A DNA stretch of 64,000 nt from an uncultured Rickettsiales bacterium (GTDB lineage: Bacteria > Pseudomonadota > Alphaproteobacteria > Rickettsiales > RI-342). Of this stretch, positions 8,647 through 18,375 are shown piece after piece (the stretch's first letter is position 1; each line of letters begins with the position of its first letter). Position numbers and translations under genes: made by a program. The notes below the pieces were generated by a model, which was given only the letters and a program-made list of their open reading frames with translations, was not told the origin of the DNA and searched no databases. The stretch spans positions 55,822 through 119,821 of the forward strand of contig CAZIGK010000005.1 in NCBI GenBank assembly GCA_964538615.1, read 5' to 3'.

Positions 8647-10008
8647 ATGATATCGCACGGGGTAGTAGATGGCGCGGCAGGTGCCGTGGTGGTGATTCTG
8701 GCGGCAGGCAAGGGAACCCGTATGAAATCGGATTTGCCGAAAGTCATGCATCCTCTGGCGGGTAAGCCGTTGTTGTGGCATGTGTTGCGGTGTGCTGAGG
8801 CTTTGGAGCCAGCCGAAGTAGTGGTGGTCGTGGGGCCGGATATGCCGCAGGTGGAGGCATTGGCCAAAGGCTATCACCCAATGGTGCGAACCGTTGTGCA
8901 GCAGGAGCAACTGGGGACGGGTCATGCCGTGCAGACGGCATGGCAGGGGGTTGAGCAGCAACAGGCAGCGGTACTGGTGCTGTATGGAGATAGCCCGCTT
9001 TTGACGGCGCCGCTGGCCGCAGCAGCCTTGCAGGCAACACAGGAAGCCGCCATGTGTGTGGTAGGTATGCGGGTGGAACACCCAACGGGTTATGGGCGGC
9101 TGGTGCAGGATAAGCAGGATAAATTAGTGGCAATTGTGGAAGAAAAAGATGCAACAGCCACGGAACGGCAGATTCATCTGTGCAATTCTGGCATCATGGC
9201 CTTTGCCGGAGGGGTTTTGCCCCGGCTGATGGGTGGTTTTAGTAACCAGAATGCCAGCGGGGAATATTATTTGACGGAAGCCGTGGCACTGGCGCGTGCG
9301 CAAGGGCTGGAAGCCGCCGTGGTGGAAGGTGAGACAGAGCAATTGTTGGGAGCCAATACCCGTGTGGAACTGGCGCAACTGGAAGCCCTGCTGCAACAAC
9401 GCCTGCGCAACGAAGCGATGCTGGCCGGGGTGACCATGGTGGCGCCAGAGACCGTCTTTCTGGCGGCGGATGTGGTGCTGGAGCGGGATGTGGTGCTTCA
9501 GCCGTTTGTCACGCTGGGGGAGCAGGTGCATGTGGAGCGCGGTGTGGAAATTCGGAGCTTTAGTCACTTGCAGCAGTGCCGTGTGGGGGCGGGTAGTGTG
9601 GTGGGACCTTATGCCAGATTGCGTCCCGGAACGGTGTTGCAGGGGCAGAACCATGTAGGGAACTTTGTTGAACTGAAAAATGCGGAACTGGGTGTTGGTA
9701 GCAAGGTGAACCATTTGAGTTATCTGGGTGATGCGACAGTGGGGGCGGCAAGCAATGTAGGCGCCGGAACCATTACCTGTAACTATGACGGTGTGCATAA
9801 AAGCCGCACCGTGATTGGAGATGGGTGTTTTATTGGGTCAAACAGTGCATTGGTGGCGCCAGTCGTGATTGGAGATGGGGCGCTGGTGGCGGCAGGTAGC
9901 GTGATTACGCAGGATGTGCCGGAGGATGCGCTGGCGGTCGCACGAGGTGTGCAGCAGGTGAAGCCGGGACGTGGGATGCGCAGCCGCCAGAAAACAACGG
10001 CGGCATGA
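8647..10008 (+). CDS. glmU: Bifunctional UDP-N-acetylglucosamine pyrophosphorylase / glucosamine-1-phosphate N-acetyltransferase
   Basis: N-terminal LAAGKGTRMKSDLPKVMHPLAGKP motif and C-terminal hexapeptide-repeat region. SD GAGGAA lies upstream of the ATG. Confidence 0.9.
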   Translation: MISHGVVDGAAGAVVVILAAGKGTRMKSDLPKVMHPLAGKPLLWHVLRCAEALEPAEVVVVVGPDMPQVEALAKGYHPMVRTVVQQEQLGTGHAVQTAWQGVEQQQAAVLVLYGDSPLLTAPLAAAALQATQEAAMCVVGMRVEHPTGYGRLVQDKQDKLVAIVEEKDATATERQIHLCNSGIMAFAGGVLPRLMGGFSNQNASGEYYLTEAVALARAQGLEAAVVEGETEQLLGANTRVELAQLEALLQQRLRNEAMLAGVTMVAPETVFLAADVVLERDVVLQPFVTLGEQVHVERGVEIRSFSHLQQCRVGAGSVVGPYARLRPGTVLQGQNHVGNFVELKNAELGVGSKVNHLSYLGDATVGAASNVGAGTITCNYDGVHKSRTVIGDGCFIGSNSALVAPVVIGDGALVAAGSVITQDVPEDALAVARGVQQVKPGRGMRSRQKTTAA

Positions 10009-10054
10009 GCGTGGCGGGAGCTGGCCACACGCAGCAGCAGGCCGAGGGTGTGAC

Positions 10055-10891
10055 ATGATACAGGGTGAAGGACAGGCATTGCCAAAGCATACCGCAGGGC
10101 GGGTGTTGATTGTTGCCGGATCGGATTCTGGGGGTGGCGCAGGGATTCAGGGTGACCTGAAAACGGTGACATTGCTTGGGGCATACGGCATGACGGCTAT
10201 TACGGCGTTGACCGTGCAAAATACGCTGGGTGTTCAGGCTGTACAGCCCGTGCCGGTAGCGGTGATTCAGCAGCAAATGCAAGCTTGCCTGCAGGATATT
10301 GGCGCGGATGCCATCAAAACCGGCATGTTGCATTCTGCGGAGGTGATTGCGGCAGTGGTCGATGTGTTGCGGCAGGATGCTGCGGGTGTGCCGCTGGTGG
10401 TGGATCCGGTCATGGTGGCCAAAGGAGGACATGCATTATTACAGCCGGACGCGGAAAGCGCGCTATTGCGGGAACTGATGCCTCTGGCCACGGTCGTGAC
10501 CCCTAATATCCCGGAAGCAGAGCGGCTGACGGGATGCCATATTGCTGATGAGGCGGGGATGCTAAGGGCCGGACGGCGGTTATGCGAGAAGGGTGCGCGG
10601 GCGGTTCTGATGAAGGGAGGGCATTTGCCAGGGGATAGGCTGGTGGATGTGCTGATGACTGCTGATGGTGTGGTGGGGCGTTGGGAGGGGGTGCGACGGG
10701 TGACGGCGCATACCCATGGCACGGGTTGTAGCTATGCCTCCGCGATTGCGGCGGGTTTGGCGCAGGAATTGCCCCTTGAAGATGCGGTGGCTCGTGCCTA
10801 TATGCTGGTACAGCGGTTGATTGCCCATGCACCCGGTCTGGGGCAAGGTAAGGGACCGTTGGGACATCATCTGCTGATGCAGCCGACATAA
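10055..10891 (+). CDS. thiD: Hydroxymethylpyrimidine/phosphomethylpyrimidine kinase
   Basis: ..[21 protein letters not shown].. and a C-terminal ..[16 protein letters not shown].. motif. Start trimmed to the ATG at 10055, after the glmU stop. Confidence 0.85.
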   Translation: MIQGEGQALPKHTAGRVLIVAGSDSGGGAGIQGDLKTVTLLGAYGMTAITALTVQNTLGVQAVQPVPVAVIQQQMQACLQDIGADAIKTGMLHSAEVIAAVVDVLRQDAAGVPLVVDPVMVAKGGHALLQPDAESALLRELMPLATVVTPNIPEAERLTGCHIADEAGMLRAGRRLCEKGARAVLMKGGHLPGDRLVDVLMTADGVVGRWEGVRRVTAHTHGTGCSYASAIAAGLAQELPLEDAVARAYMLVQRLIAHAPGLGQGKGPLGHHLLMQPT

Positions 10892-10935
10892 TGGGCAGTT
10901 TTTCTGCCGGACATACGATGGAAAGTGAACAAAGC

Positions 10936-12249
10936 ATGACGGCATTGACGCCACGGGAAATTGTATCGGAACTGGATCGTCATATCATTGGGCAGCAGGA
11001 CGCAAAGCGTGCAGTGGCTGTGGCCTTGCGAAACCGCTGGCGCAGGCAGCAATTGCCAGAGCCTTTGCGCGATGAGGTGATGCCGAAGAATATTCTGATG
11101 ATCGGGCCGACAGGTTGCGGCAAGACAGAGATTGCGCGGCGTTTGTCTAAACTGGCGCAGGCGCCTTTTATTAAAGTAGAGGCCACCAAATATACCGAGG
11201 TGGGGTATGTTGGGCGCGATGTGGAACAGATGATACGCGATTTGGTGGAAGTGGCCGTACTGATGGTGCGCGAACAGCAGCGCAAAGACGTGCGTGCCAA
11301 GGCGGAGGCCGCGACCGAGGAGCGCTTGCTGGATGCGTTGGTTGGGGCATCTGCCAGCCCGGAGACGCGGCAAAAATTTCGGGCGAAACTGCGTGATGAC
11401 CAGTTGGAAGCGCAGGAGATTGAGATAGAGGTCGCTGATAGTGCGCCGCAGACGCAATTTAACAGTATGGAGATTCCCGGTATGCCGGGAGCGCATATGG
11501 GCATGCTGAACATTGGCGATATGTTTGGTAAAATGATGGGCGAGCGTACACGCAAGCGCAAAGTGACGGTGGGAGAGGCACGCCGTCTGGTGCTGGCGGA
11601 AGAAAGCGACAAGCTGGTGGATGAGGAAGCCTTGTTGCGTGAGGCGATTGCGGTGACGGAAAACCATGGCATTGTGTTTTTGGATGAAGTGGACAAGATT
11701 TGTGCGCGCTCGGAAGCGCGGGGCGGTGATGTCAGCCGGGAAGGGGTACAGCGGGATTTGTTGCCGTTGATTGAAGGTACCACGGTTTCTACCAAATATG
11801 GCAGCGTAAAAACGGATCATATTTTGTTCATTGCTTCCGGAGCGTTTCATGTGTCCAAGCCATCTGACCTGCTGCCGGAATTGCAGGGGCGGTTGCCGAT
11901 TCGGGTTGAGCTGAAGCCGCTGGATGAAGCGGATCTGGTACGGATTTTGCGCGAGCCGGAGGCCAGTTTGCTGGATCAGTATGTCGCGCTGATGGCAACC
12001 GAAGGGCTACGTGTCCGTTTTACGGAGGATGCGGTGGGAGCGGTGGCATCGCTAGCGGCACAAGTGAACCGGGAGGTGGAGAATATTGGCGCACGCAGGC
12101 TGCATACCATCATGGAGCGGTTGATGGACGACCTGAGTTTTGCCGCCAGCGACCGGGCCGGAGCCGAACAGGTGATTGATGCGGCTTATGTGCAGGATAG
12201 ACTGGCAAGTATTGTCATTAATAGTGATTTAACCAGATATATCTTATAG
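10936..12249 (+). CDS. hslU: ATP-dependent protease ATPase subunit HslU
   Basis: [37 protein letters not shown], Walker [16 protein letters not shown]-like, and C-terminal ..[13 protein letters not shown]... Start trimmed to the ATG at 10936. Confidence 0.9.
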   Translation: MTALTPREIVSELDRHIIGQQDAKRAVAVALRNRWRRQQLPEPLRDEVMPKNILMIGPTGCGKTEIARRLSKLAQAPFIKVEATKYTEVGYVGRDVEQMIRDLVEVAVLMVREQQRKDVRAKAEAATEERLLDALVGASASPETRQKFRAKLRDDQLEAQEIEIEVADSAPQTQFNSMEIPGMPGAHMGMLNIGDMFGKMMGERTRKRKVTVGEARRLVLAEESDKLVDEEALLREAIAVTENHGIVFLDEVDKICARSEARGGDVSREGVQRDLLPLIEGTTVSTKYGSVKTDHILFIASGAFHVSKPSDLLPELQGRLPIRVELKPLDEADLVRILREPEASLLDQYVALMATEGLRVRFTEDAVGAVASLAAQVNREVENIGARRLHTIMERLMDDLSFAASDRAGAEQVIDAAYVQDRLASIVINSDLTRYIL

Positions 12250-12404
12250 TGGTACATAGTGGAGTTACGAGATAGAGACGCTTAGCAAAGGGTAACAAAG
12301 CGGTTTTTATGATGTTGACTATCTTGTGATATGGATGAGGGTGACAGGGTTAGCAATGGCTATGCATTATTTGCATAGCAGCCAGATGCAAATGGTAATT
12401 GTGT

Positions 12405-12627
12405 AACTGGTTTTATATTGCTATAACCGCGTCACTGAAGACGAGATTAGGTTTGAAAGCAAAGGCGATAGGTTGACGAGACATCGCATAGCAGCTGGAA
12501 AACCTTCCCCAGGTTCAGGCCGCAAGGTTTGGACAACTTCTGTCCGGTTGAGACTCCCTTCTCCCGGATGTGAAGCCTCCCTGTTAAAGCTCGCCGGGTT
12601 GCGGTAACGTAACCCGGTCTTTTTTTG
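12405..12627 (+). ncRNA. Candidate small RNA or structured 5' leader. The 5' end is a guess; the 3' end is defined by the terminator.
   Basis: Stem-loops at 12531-12545 (GGACA/UGUCC) and 12544-12567 (CCGG stems with a CU-rich loop CUCCCUUCUCCC). A single-stranded CCUCCC sits at 12576-12581, followed by a strong intrinsic terminator. A possible -35/-10 pair is TTGCAT/GGTAAT near 12371-12399. Confidence 0.3.
12594..12627 (+). terminator. Rho-independent terminator
   Basis: A 10-bp stem CCGGGUUGCG/CGUAACCCGG with a GUAA tetraloop, followed by UCUUUUUUU. Confidence 0.8.
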
Positions 12628-12712
12628 TCATCATTCTGTCATGTGGCTATGCTAGTTCAACGGTACCGTATGTGCAACGCATGTGTGGTTACGTGTAACG
12701 ATGCATTGATCC

Positions 12713-14572
12713 ATGAGAATTGCTATGACCCAATCTGTTCCGATGTCGCCTTTGTTAGAGCAGCGTTTGCGCCGACTGCGTGAAGATATACTGCGTTTGG
12801 ATGCGGTAACTGCCGGCGATGCGCGAGAGCGGGAGCTTTCCTATGCGCTGCTGGTGCGTTATTTCCTCCAAAATGAGGGTGATATGGCATTGGTAGATGT
12901 GCGCACCCATAGAATGAACGAATGGCTGGCCGAGAATATGGCCGACAAAATGCGCCCACGTACGTTGGCGGATATTCTGAATGAAGCGGAAGCGACACCG
13001 GAGATGATGGTCGTACTGGCTACCCATTATGCCATGGTGTTCGATGTTCCCTATGCGGATCTGGTGGATGAGCGCAATCACACCAGCTATGCCATATTGC
13101 GGCAATGTGCAGAAAAACATGGATTACCCTGGCCAGAGTGGTTGGAGGTGGATGGCAGTATCCGGGTAAATGCTTTTTTGTTTGATGCTGTTGAACGGCA
13201 GTATGACGCTATCCGGCATTTGGATATCATAACGAAGGGCAGACCTGATCAGCCAGAGGGGCTGACGGCAGAGAACGTGCACATGCTGTTGGCAAGTAAT
13301 GCCAGACACCGTGGACTATCTGCCAATGGAGCCGCATTGTGGGATCAGCCGCCAGGTTCTGTGGCGCCGCAGGATGGTCAGCAGCAGCCAAGCATGGCAA
13401 ATTATCGGGCGAATATGCAGGCAATAGTGGATGCCTATCCCGCGTTTTTGGCGCATGCGGCACTGACACGAGAGTTCGGCTTGTATCCCCTGGTAAGGGC
13501 GCTTGAGGAGATGGCGCGGCAGGGAATGTTTATGCATGAGGTGGAGTCGGCTGTAGATGCGACGGATCAGCAAAGGGGTGAGCATCTTCAGCGCCTGCAA
13601 CAGGCGGCGGTGAAGGTACTGGATGGGCTGGAACAGTTCTATCTGCGTTATCCGCGAGCTGAAACGGTAGAAATGGTTGAGGCGGTTTGTCTGGATGTGG
13701 AGCGGATGCTGCAGTTGGTGCAAGGGAGGATGCCAGAGCTGTCACCTGCTGCGCAACGCCGATCAGACGCGCCGGAACGGGCTTTTGAAAAAGCCTATGC
13801 TACGGTACATTTGCAGCAGGCGTGGACTCAGGTGCGGGAGATGTTGCGAGCCGCCGAATGGTACTATGCGGATGGGGCGTTGCGATCGGGTTCGGTGATG
13901 ATTCCTTTGGAAAAACTATTGCGAGAGCGGGTGTATGACGATGAAGAGCGCATCGAGCTTGCGGGCAAAGTCGGAGAACGACTGGAAGAGCTTTATCCAC
14001 TGAAATTACGGTTCTCTCTGGCGCGAGCCGTAGAGATATTGGCAAATGAGCGTGAGGTGATGGGAAGGCACCTCCGGGATGATGAGTGGCAAAAAACACA
14101 GGTCGAAGGAGCCGAGCGTCAGGCGCTGCTGGATTATGGAGAGCGGGCAATGGCGATGGCCGCAACGGTGCCGGGTTTGTTCCGCACGATAGAAGGGCTG
14201 TTGAACGCATCGCAGCGGGAGGTGCTTTATGCTCATTTCGGCTCTGTGTACGAACAAGCGGGAGCTGGCATAAGTGACGCCTTGATTGAGCAGCGCGATT
14301 TGAACAACCTGTATCGGCATCTGACGGGGAGCGGAATGTTGCGTGCCAGTACGCACGTGTTTCTGGAGCGTGGCGTCTATGAAGCTGCCCGTTCTGGCGG
14401 GTACGGTGATCATGCGGTAGCGATTCAGGTGATTTTACAGGCGCTATTTGACAGATTGCGGGATGTGCCCACGCCGGAGCAGACGCAGACAGGATTGCGT
14501 CAGACGGGAAGTCTGGTACAGGAAGCATTGCGTGAGGCGACACGTATTGCTGGTGATCGGAGCATTGCTTAA
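12713..14572 (+). CDS. Hypothetical protein, 619 aa, predicted all-helical and soluble, with no family I recognise.
   Basis: Long uninterrupted ORF with no TM segment or signal peptide visible. There is no clear SD, and the start could be 12713, 12725 or 12743. Confidence 0.7.
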   Translation: MRIAMTQSVPMSPLLEQRLRRLREDILRLDAVTAGDARERELSYALLVRYFLQNEGDMALVDVRTHRMNEWLAENMADKMRPRTLADILNEAEATPEMMVVLATHYAMVFDVPYADLVDERNHTSYAILRQCAEKHGLPWPEWLEVDGSIRVNAFLFDAVERQYDAIRHLDIITKGRPDQPEGLTAENVHMLLASNARHRGLSANGAALWDQPPGSVAPQDGQQQPSMANYRANMQAIVDAYPAFLAHAALTREFGLYPLVRALEEMARQGMFMHEVESAVDATDQQRGEHLQRLQQAAVKVLDGLEQFYLRYPRAETVEMVEAVCLDVERMLQLVQGRMPELSPAAQRRSDAPERAFEKAYATVHLQQAWTQVREMLRAAEWYYADGALRSGSVMIPLEKLLRERVYDDEERIELAGKVGERLEELYPLKLRFSLARAVEILANEREVMGRHLRDDEWQKTQVEGAERQALLDYGERAMAMAATVPGLFRTIEGLLNASQREVLYAHFGSVYEQAGAGISDALIEQRDLNNLYRHLTGSGMLRASTHVFLERGVYEAARSGGYGDHAVAIQVILQALFDRLRDVPTPEQTQTGLRQTGSLVQEALREATRIAGDRSIA

Positions 14573-14781
14573 TAGAAACCGTTATATTTGAGGCGTGACA
14601 AGTGCAAGGCTTGGCGGTACAAGCCGTGCAGGTTTCGTATGGGGCGATCGGTGAAAGCGGGATGGCGCATCATCTTTCACGCGCAGGGTTGACCAGATTT
14701 GCTGTGGGTGCGGTTTGTGTGACAAGTGCGGGTTGATAGTCTCTGGGAGCCTGTGAATCATGATAGTATGTGCGAGGGTGT

Positions 14782-16008
14782 ATGCATTCGTCCGTTGCCT
14801 CTGGTTTCCGCAGTCTGAAGGATATTGACCCTACGGGTAAAACATTGTTGGTACGGCTGGATTTGAACGTGCCGATGCAGTTGGGTAAAATTACCGATAC
14901 GACACGGGTGGTGCGGTCTATGCCGACCATTCATTACCTGCGGGAGCGGGGAGCGAAAGTGGTGATTTTGTCGCATTTTGACCGTCCTAAGGGGAAATTT
15001 GTGCCCTCCATGTCGCTGGCGCCTTTGGTGGATGCGCTGGAAGAAGCTCTGGGTTGCGCTGTGAAATTTGGGGTGGATTGCATTGGCAAGGCAGCGGAAG
15101 AGGCGGTGGCATCCTTACAGCCGGGAGACGTATTGCTGCTGGAAAACCTGCGCTTTCATGCGGAAGAAGAAGCGAATGAACCAGCCTTTGCCAAGGCGCT
15201 GGCGAGACTGGGTGATGTGTTTGTGAATGATGCGTTTTCCTGCTCGCATCGGGCCCATGCCTCGATTGTGGGGGTGGCAGAGCATTTGCCCGCCGTGGCT
15301 GGTTTATTGATGCAGGCCGAGCTGGAAGCCTTGTCCGCGGCATTGACGCAGGCCGAACGGCCATTGATGGCGATTGTGGGAGGTGCCAAGGTTTCCACGA
15401 AATTACAGATTTTATCCCGACTGGTGGAAAAGGTGGATAAGCTGGTGATTGGTGGCGGCATGGCAAACACGTTTCTGTTTGCACAGGGGTACCCGATGGG
15501 GAAATCTCTGCATGAAGAAAATTGTGTGGAAGAAGCACTGGCGGTTTTGCAAAAAGCAAAACAGGTTGGATGTGAGGTGTTGTTGCCAGTGGACGTGACG
15601 GTTAGCAAAGCATTTGCGCCACGTAGCCCCAACCGGGTAACGGTGCCTGCGGATGTGCAGCCGGATGAATTGATTCTGGATGTGGGGGCAGAGAGTTATT
15701 TGCAACTGGCAAAAGCCCTGTGTGACAGCAAGACATTGTTATGGAACGGGCCGGTTGGTGCTTTTGAGACGCCTCCGTTTGATGTCGGGAGTTTGAGCAT
15801 TGCGCGTTTGGTGGCGGCACGGACGCGACAGGGGAGGCTGACCAGTGTGGCAGGTGGCGGCGATACGCTGGCAGCACTGGCGGCAGCGGGTCTGACCGAG
15901 AGTCTGAGTTATATTTCGACTGCGGGGGGAGCCTTTCTGGAGTGGCTGGAAGGCAAAGACCTGCCGGGTGTGGCGGCTTTGCAGAGAGCAACGCGGCAGG
16001 CGGCTTAA
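14782..16008 (+). CDS. pgk: Phosphoglycerate kinase
   Basis: ..KTLLVRLDLNVP.., ..ILSHFDRPKG.. and ..GGGDT.. motifs. The start is either 14770 or 14782. Confidence 0.9.
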   Translation: MHSSVASGFRSLKDIDPTGKTLLVRLDLNVPMQLGKITDTTRVVRSMPTIHYLRERGAKVVILSHFDRPKGKFVPSMSLAPLVDALEEALGCAVKFGVDCIGKAAEEAVASLQPGDVLLLENLRFHAEEEANEPAFAKALARLGDVFVNDAFSCSHRAHASIVGVAEHLPAVAGLLMQAELEALSAALTQAERPLMAIVGGAKVSTKLQILSRLVEKVDKLVIGGGMANTFLFAQGYPMGKSLHEENCVEEALAVLQKAKQVGCEVLLPVDVTVSKAFAPRSPNRVTVPADVQPDELILDVGAESYLQLAKALCDSKTLLWNGPVGAFETPPFDVGSLSIARLVAARTRQGRLTSVAGGGDTLAALAAAGLTESLSYISTAGGAFLEWLEGKDLPGVAALQRATRQAA

Positions 16009-16013
16009 GGCGT

Positions 16014-16361
16014 ATGTTGCCGAATGCTCCACAGCTATGTCTGGATGCGGAAACCGGGGCTTTGCATATTCAGGCGGCCGCAGGGCAAGGGATGCAAACG
16101 CTTGCATTATGCGTGAGTGAAGAGCTGTCTGCCACACTGGGAGCGCCCGCGCTGAAGCAACTGATAGGGCAATGGCAGGAGCAGGGACGCCGTTTTGGTG
16201 TAGAGGTGGCCGTGTGGGTGGATGTCTCTGCCAGTCGGGGATTGCTGCTGGCCTGTATGGAAGAGCGGTTGCCGTATTTGCGCTATCGGCCAGCGGTGGA
16301 GGATGCTGCCTTGCCGGAATTGAAGGGGCGGGCGGTGGCGCTGGGGTTGGTGATGGAATGA
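16014..16361 (+). CDS. Hypothetical small protein (115 aa)
   Basis: The ORF begins 6 nt after the pgk stop at an internal ATG of track ORF 15942..16361. I recognise no motif, and coding status is uncertain. Confidence 0.4.
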   Translation: MLPNAPQLCLDAETGALHIQAAAGQGMQTLALCVSEELSATLGAPALKQLIGQWQEQGRRFGVEVAVWVDVSASRGLLLACMEERLPYLRYRPAVEDAALPELKGRAVALGLVME

Positions 16362-16594
16362 GGGGCGGAGTTGGGTGTTTTAGGGGGGGACTGTGGCGAA
16401 AGAAACACAGTGGTGATGGAAAAAACATCCGAAACCGAGAGAGTTATCTATCTTTATTGCCAGTTTACACAAAATGCTTATAAGCGGAAACTGCATTGCA
16501 TGGTCCCCTTTGCAATGTAATTGTTCAAAAACGCATTCCCGCTGAAGTGCTAATGACAAAAACACAAGGCGTAATGTTCTGAGGAGTACTACTT

Positions 16595-17101
16595 ATGAAT
16601 ACGAAGTTTCTGGCTCTTGCAGCCTCTCTGTTGCTGGTAACCGCTTGCGAAACCCCTCCTGCTCAGGATGGTGGCGCGATTGGTGGTGGTGAAATGGGTG
16701 CTGCTGGCAACCGCACCGGTGCTTTCAGCGGTCTGTATGGTGATGAGTCTGTTGGTCAACTGGCGCAGGGTGTTCCTGATCGCGTATTCTTCGCGACCGA
16801 TAGCTCTGTTCTGGATGCTCAGGCACAAACCGTTCTGCAATTGCAGGCTGGTTTCCTGAAAGACAATGGCAACACCACCGTTACCATCGAAGGTCACTGT
16901 GACGAGCGCGCTAGCCGTGAATACAACCTGGCGCTGGGTGAGCGTCGTGCAAACGCTGTGAAGAACTACCTGGTAGGTCTGGGCGTTCCTGCAAACCGCG
17001 TTGAGACCCTTTCTTATGGTAAAGAGCGTCCTGCTGTTGAAGGCCATTCTGAGTCTTCCTGGGCGAAAAACCGCCGCGGCGTAACCGTTGTTGTTCGCTA
17101 A
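16595..17101 (+). CDS. pal: Peptidoglycan-associated lipoprotein Pal (OmpA family)
   Basis: Lipobox LLLVTAC and OmpA_C motifs ..IEGHCDERASREYNLALGERRANAV..YGKERP... Confidence 0.9.
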   Translation: MNTKFLALAASLLLVTACETPPAQDGGAIGGGEMGAAGNRTGAFSGLYGDESVGQLAQGVPDRVFFATDSSVLDAQAQTVLQLQAGFLKDNGNTTVTIEGHCDERASREYNLALGERRANAVKNYLVGLGVPANRVETLSYGKERPAVEGHSESSWAKNRRGVTVVVR

Positions 17102-17147
17102 TTGCTGACACACGGCGGCCAGAGATTCTGGCCGGACGATTGGGAGA

Positions 17148-17176
17148 GGGCTGCCTGCGGGCAGCCCTTTCTTTTT
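17148..17176 (+). terminator. Rho-independent terminator downstream of pal
   Basis: Stem GGGCUGCC/GGCAGCCC with loop UGCG, followed by UUUCUUUUU. Confidence 0.75.
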
Positions 17177-17421
17177 GCGGTATCCGTTCCTGTGTGCCGG
17201 TATGAATAGGGGATAAAAAAGAGAGGATAGGGTGACGGGTATAGGTCTGCATGGTAAGAAATGGATGCAGGAACTTATCGCATTTTATGTTCTATTCGCT
17301 ACAATGCCGGACATTCCAGACGCGGCATGGGGATTAGGGGATGCGGGTTCTGGAAATAGATGGGACGATCTGGCATCGGTTGAGGTGCCGCATTAGGGCG
17401 AGTGTGCCGAAGGATTGAAGT

Positions 17422-18369
17422 ATGACGTTGCGTGCGATGAAGCGTGTGGGACTATTGGCGGCAGTGATGATGCTGGGAATGGGCTTTTCTGCCAGAGCGC
17501 AGATGCCGGATGACCGGATCATGCGACTGGAGCGGGACTTGCAGTTATTGCAGCGGCAGGTTTACCGCCAACAGGGTGGAGCGGCAGCGCCAGCGGATGG
17601 AAGTGCAGCCGCACAAGCCAGTGTACAGGCGATGCAGCGAGAAGAGGAAATGCGGCGGCTGAATGGCACGCTGGAGCAGTTGCAGCACCAGATTAACCGG
17701 TTGCAGACGACATTACAGCAGTTGGAAGAGGATGTGGATTTCCGGTTGCAGGAAGTGGAAAAGCAGCAACAGGCTCTGGTGCAGGCGATGCAGGCTGCGG
17801 CGGCGGTTCCGGCGGCGGGTATGCCTGTGGCGGCGGGAAGCGGTAATCCGGCACTGGTGCCGATGGATGAGGGGGCTGCGGCGTTGGATAATACGTCCGG
17901 CGAGTTGCCTAAGCCTGCGACGGATGCGGTAGCGGCGGGTCAGACGGAAACCATACAGCCGCCTGTACAGAACGGGCAATTTACCTCCCCCAGAGCGCAT
18001 TATAATTATGCCTTTGGTTTGTTGAATCAGGGAAAATTTAAGGACGCAAGAGCAGCGTTATTGAGTTTTATTCAGAGCTATCCGAAGGATCCACTGGTGG
18101 GGAATGCTTATTACTGGGCAGGGGAAACCTATTATGCGGATAAGGATTACGCCAATGCGTCTCTACAGTTCCAGAAAGGGTATGAGGTGATGCCAACGGG
18201 GCCGAAAGCGCCGGACAACCTGTATAAGTTGGGGGTTTCCATTGCGCAGTTGGGTAAAGTGCCCGAAGCGTGCGTGGTGTTGGCCAGCGCGCTGGCGAAG
18301 CACCCGAATGCATCGAAAGAACTGGCGCAAAAAATACAGGCGGAAAGCAAGCGGTTGAAATGTGAATAG
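17422..18369 (+). CDS. cpoB: Tol-Pal system protein CpoB/YbgF (coiled coil plus TPR)
   Basis: Signal peptide, a Q-rich coiled coil (LERDLQLLQRQVY...), a C-terminal TPR region (..NAYYWAGETYYADKDYANA..), and its position after pal. Confidence 0.8.
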   Translation: MTLRAMKRVGLLAAVMMLGMGFSARAQMPDDRIMRLERDLQLLQRQVYRQQGGAAAPADGSAAAQASVQAMQREEEMRRLNGTLEQLQHQINRLQTTLQQLEEDVDFRLQEVEKQQQALVQAMQAAAAVPAAGMPVAAGSGNPALVPMDEGAAALDNTSGELPKPATDAVAAGQTETIQPPVQNGQFTSPRAHYNYAFGLLNQGKFKDARAALLSFIQSYPKDPLVGNAYYWAGETYYADKDYANASLQFQKGYEVMPTGPKAPDNLYKLGVSIAQLGKVPEACVVLASALAKHPNASKELAQKIQAESKRLKCE

Positions 18370-18375
18370 GCTCAT

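Noticed and set aside
10867-11850. 327-aa and 271-aa minus-strand ORFs
   Set aside because: They are antisense to hslU, which is unambiguous. The translations are Arg/His/Gln-rich junk.
12507-12538. Partial resemblance to the SRP (4.5S) RNA domain IV 5' half (CCAGGUUCAGGCCGCAAGG versus CCAGGUCAGGUCCGGAAGG)
   Set aside because: The conserved 3' half (GGAAGCAGCC, the symmetric-loop AGCA) is absent, and the flanking helices do not match. I consider it chance similarity.
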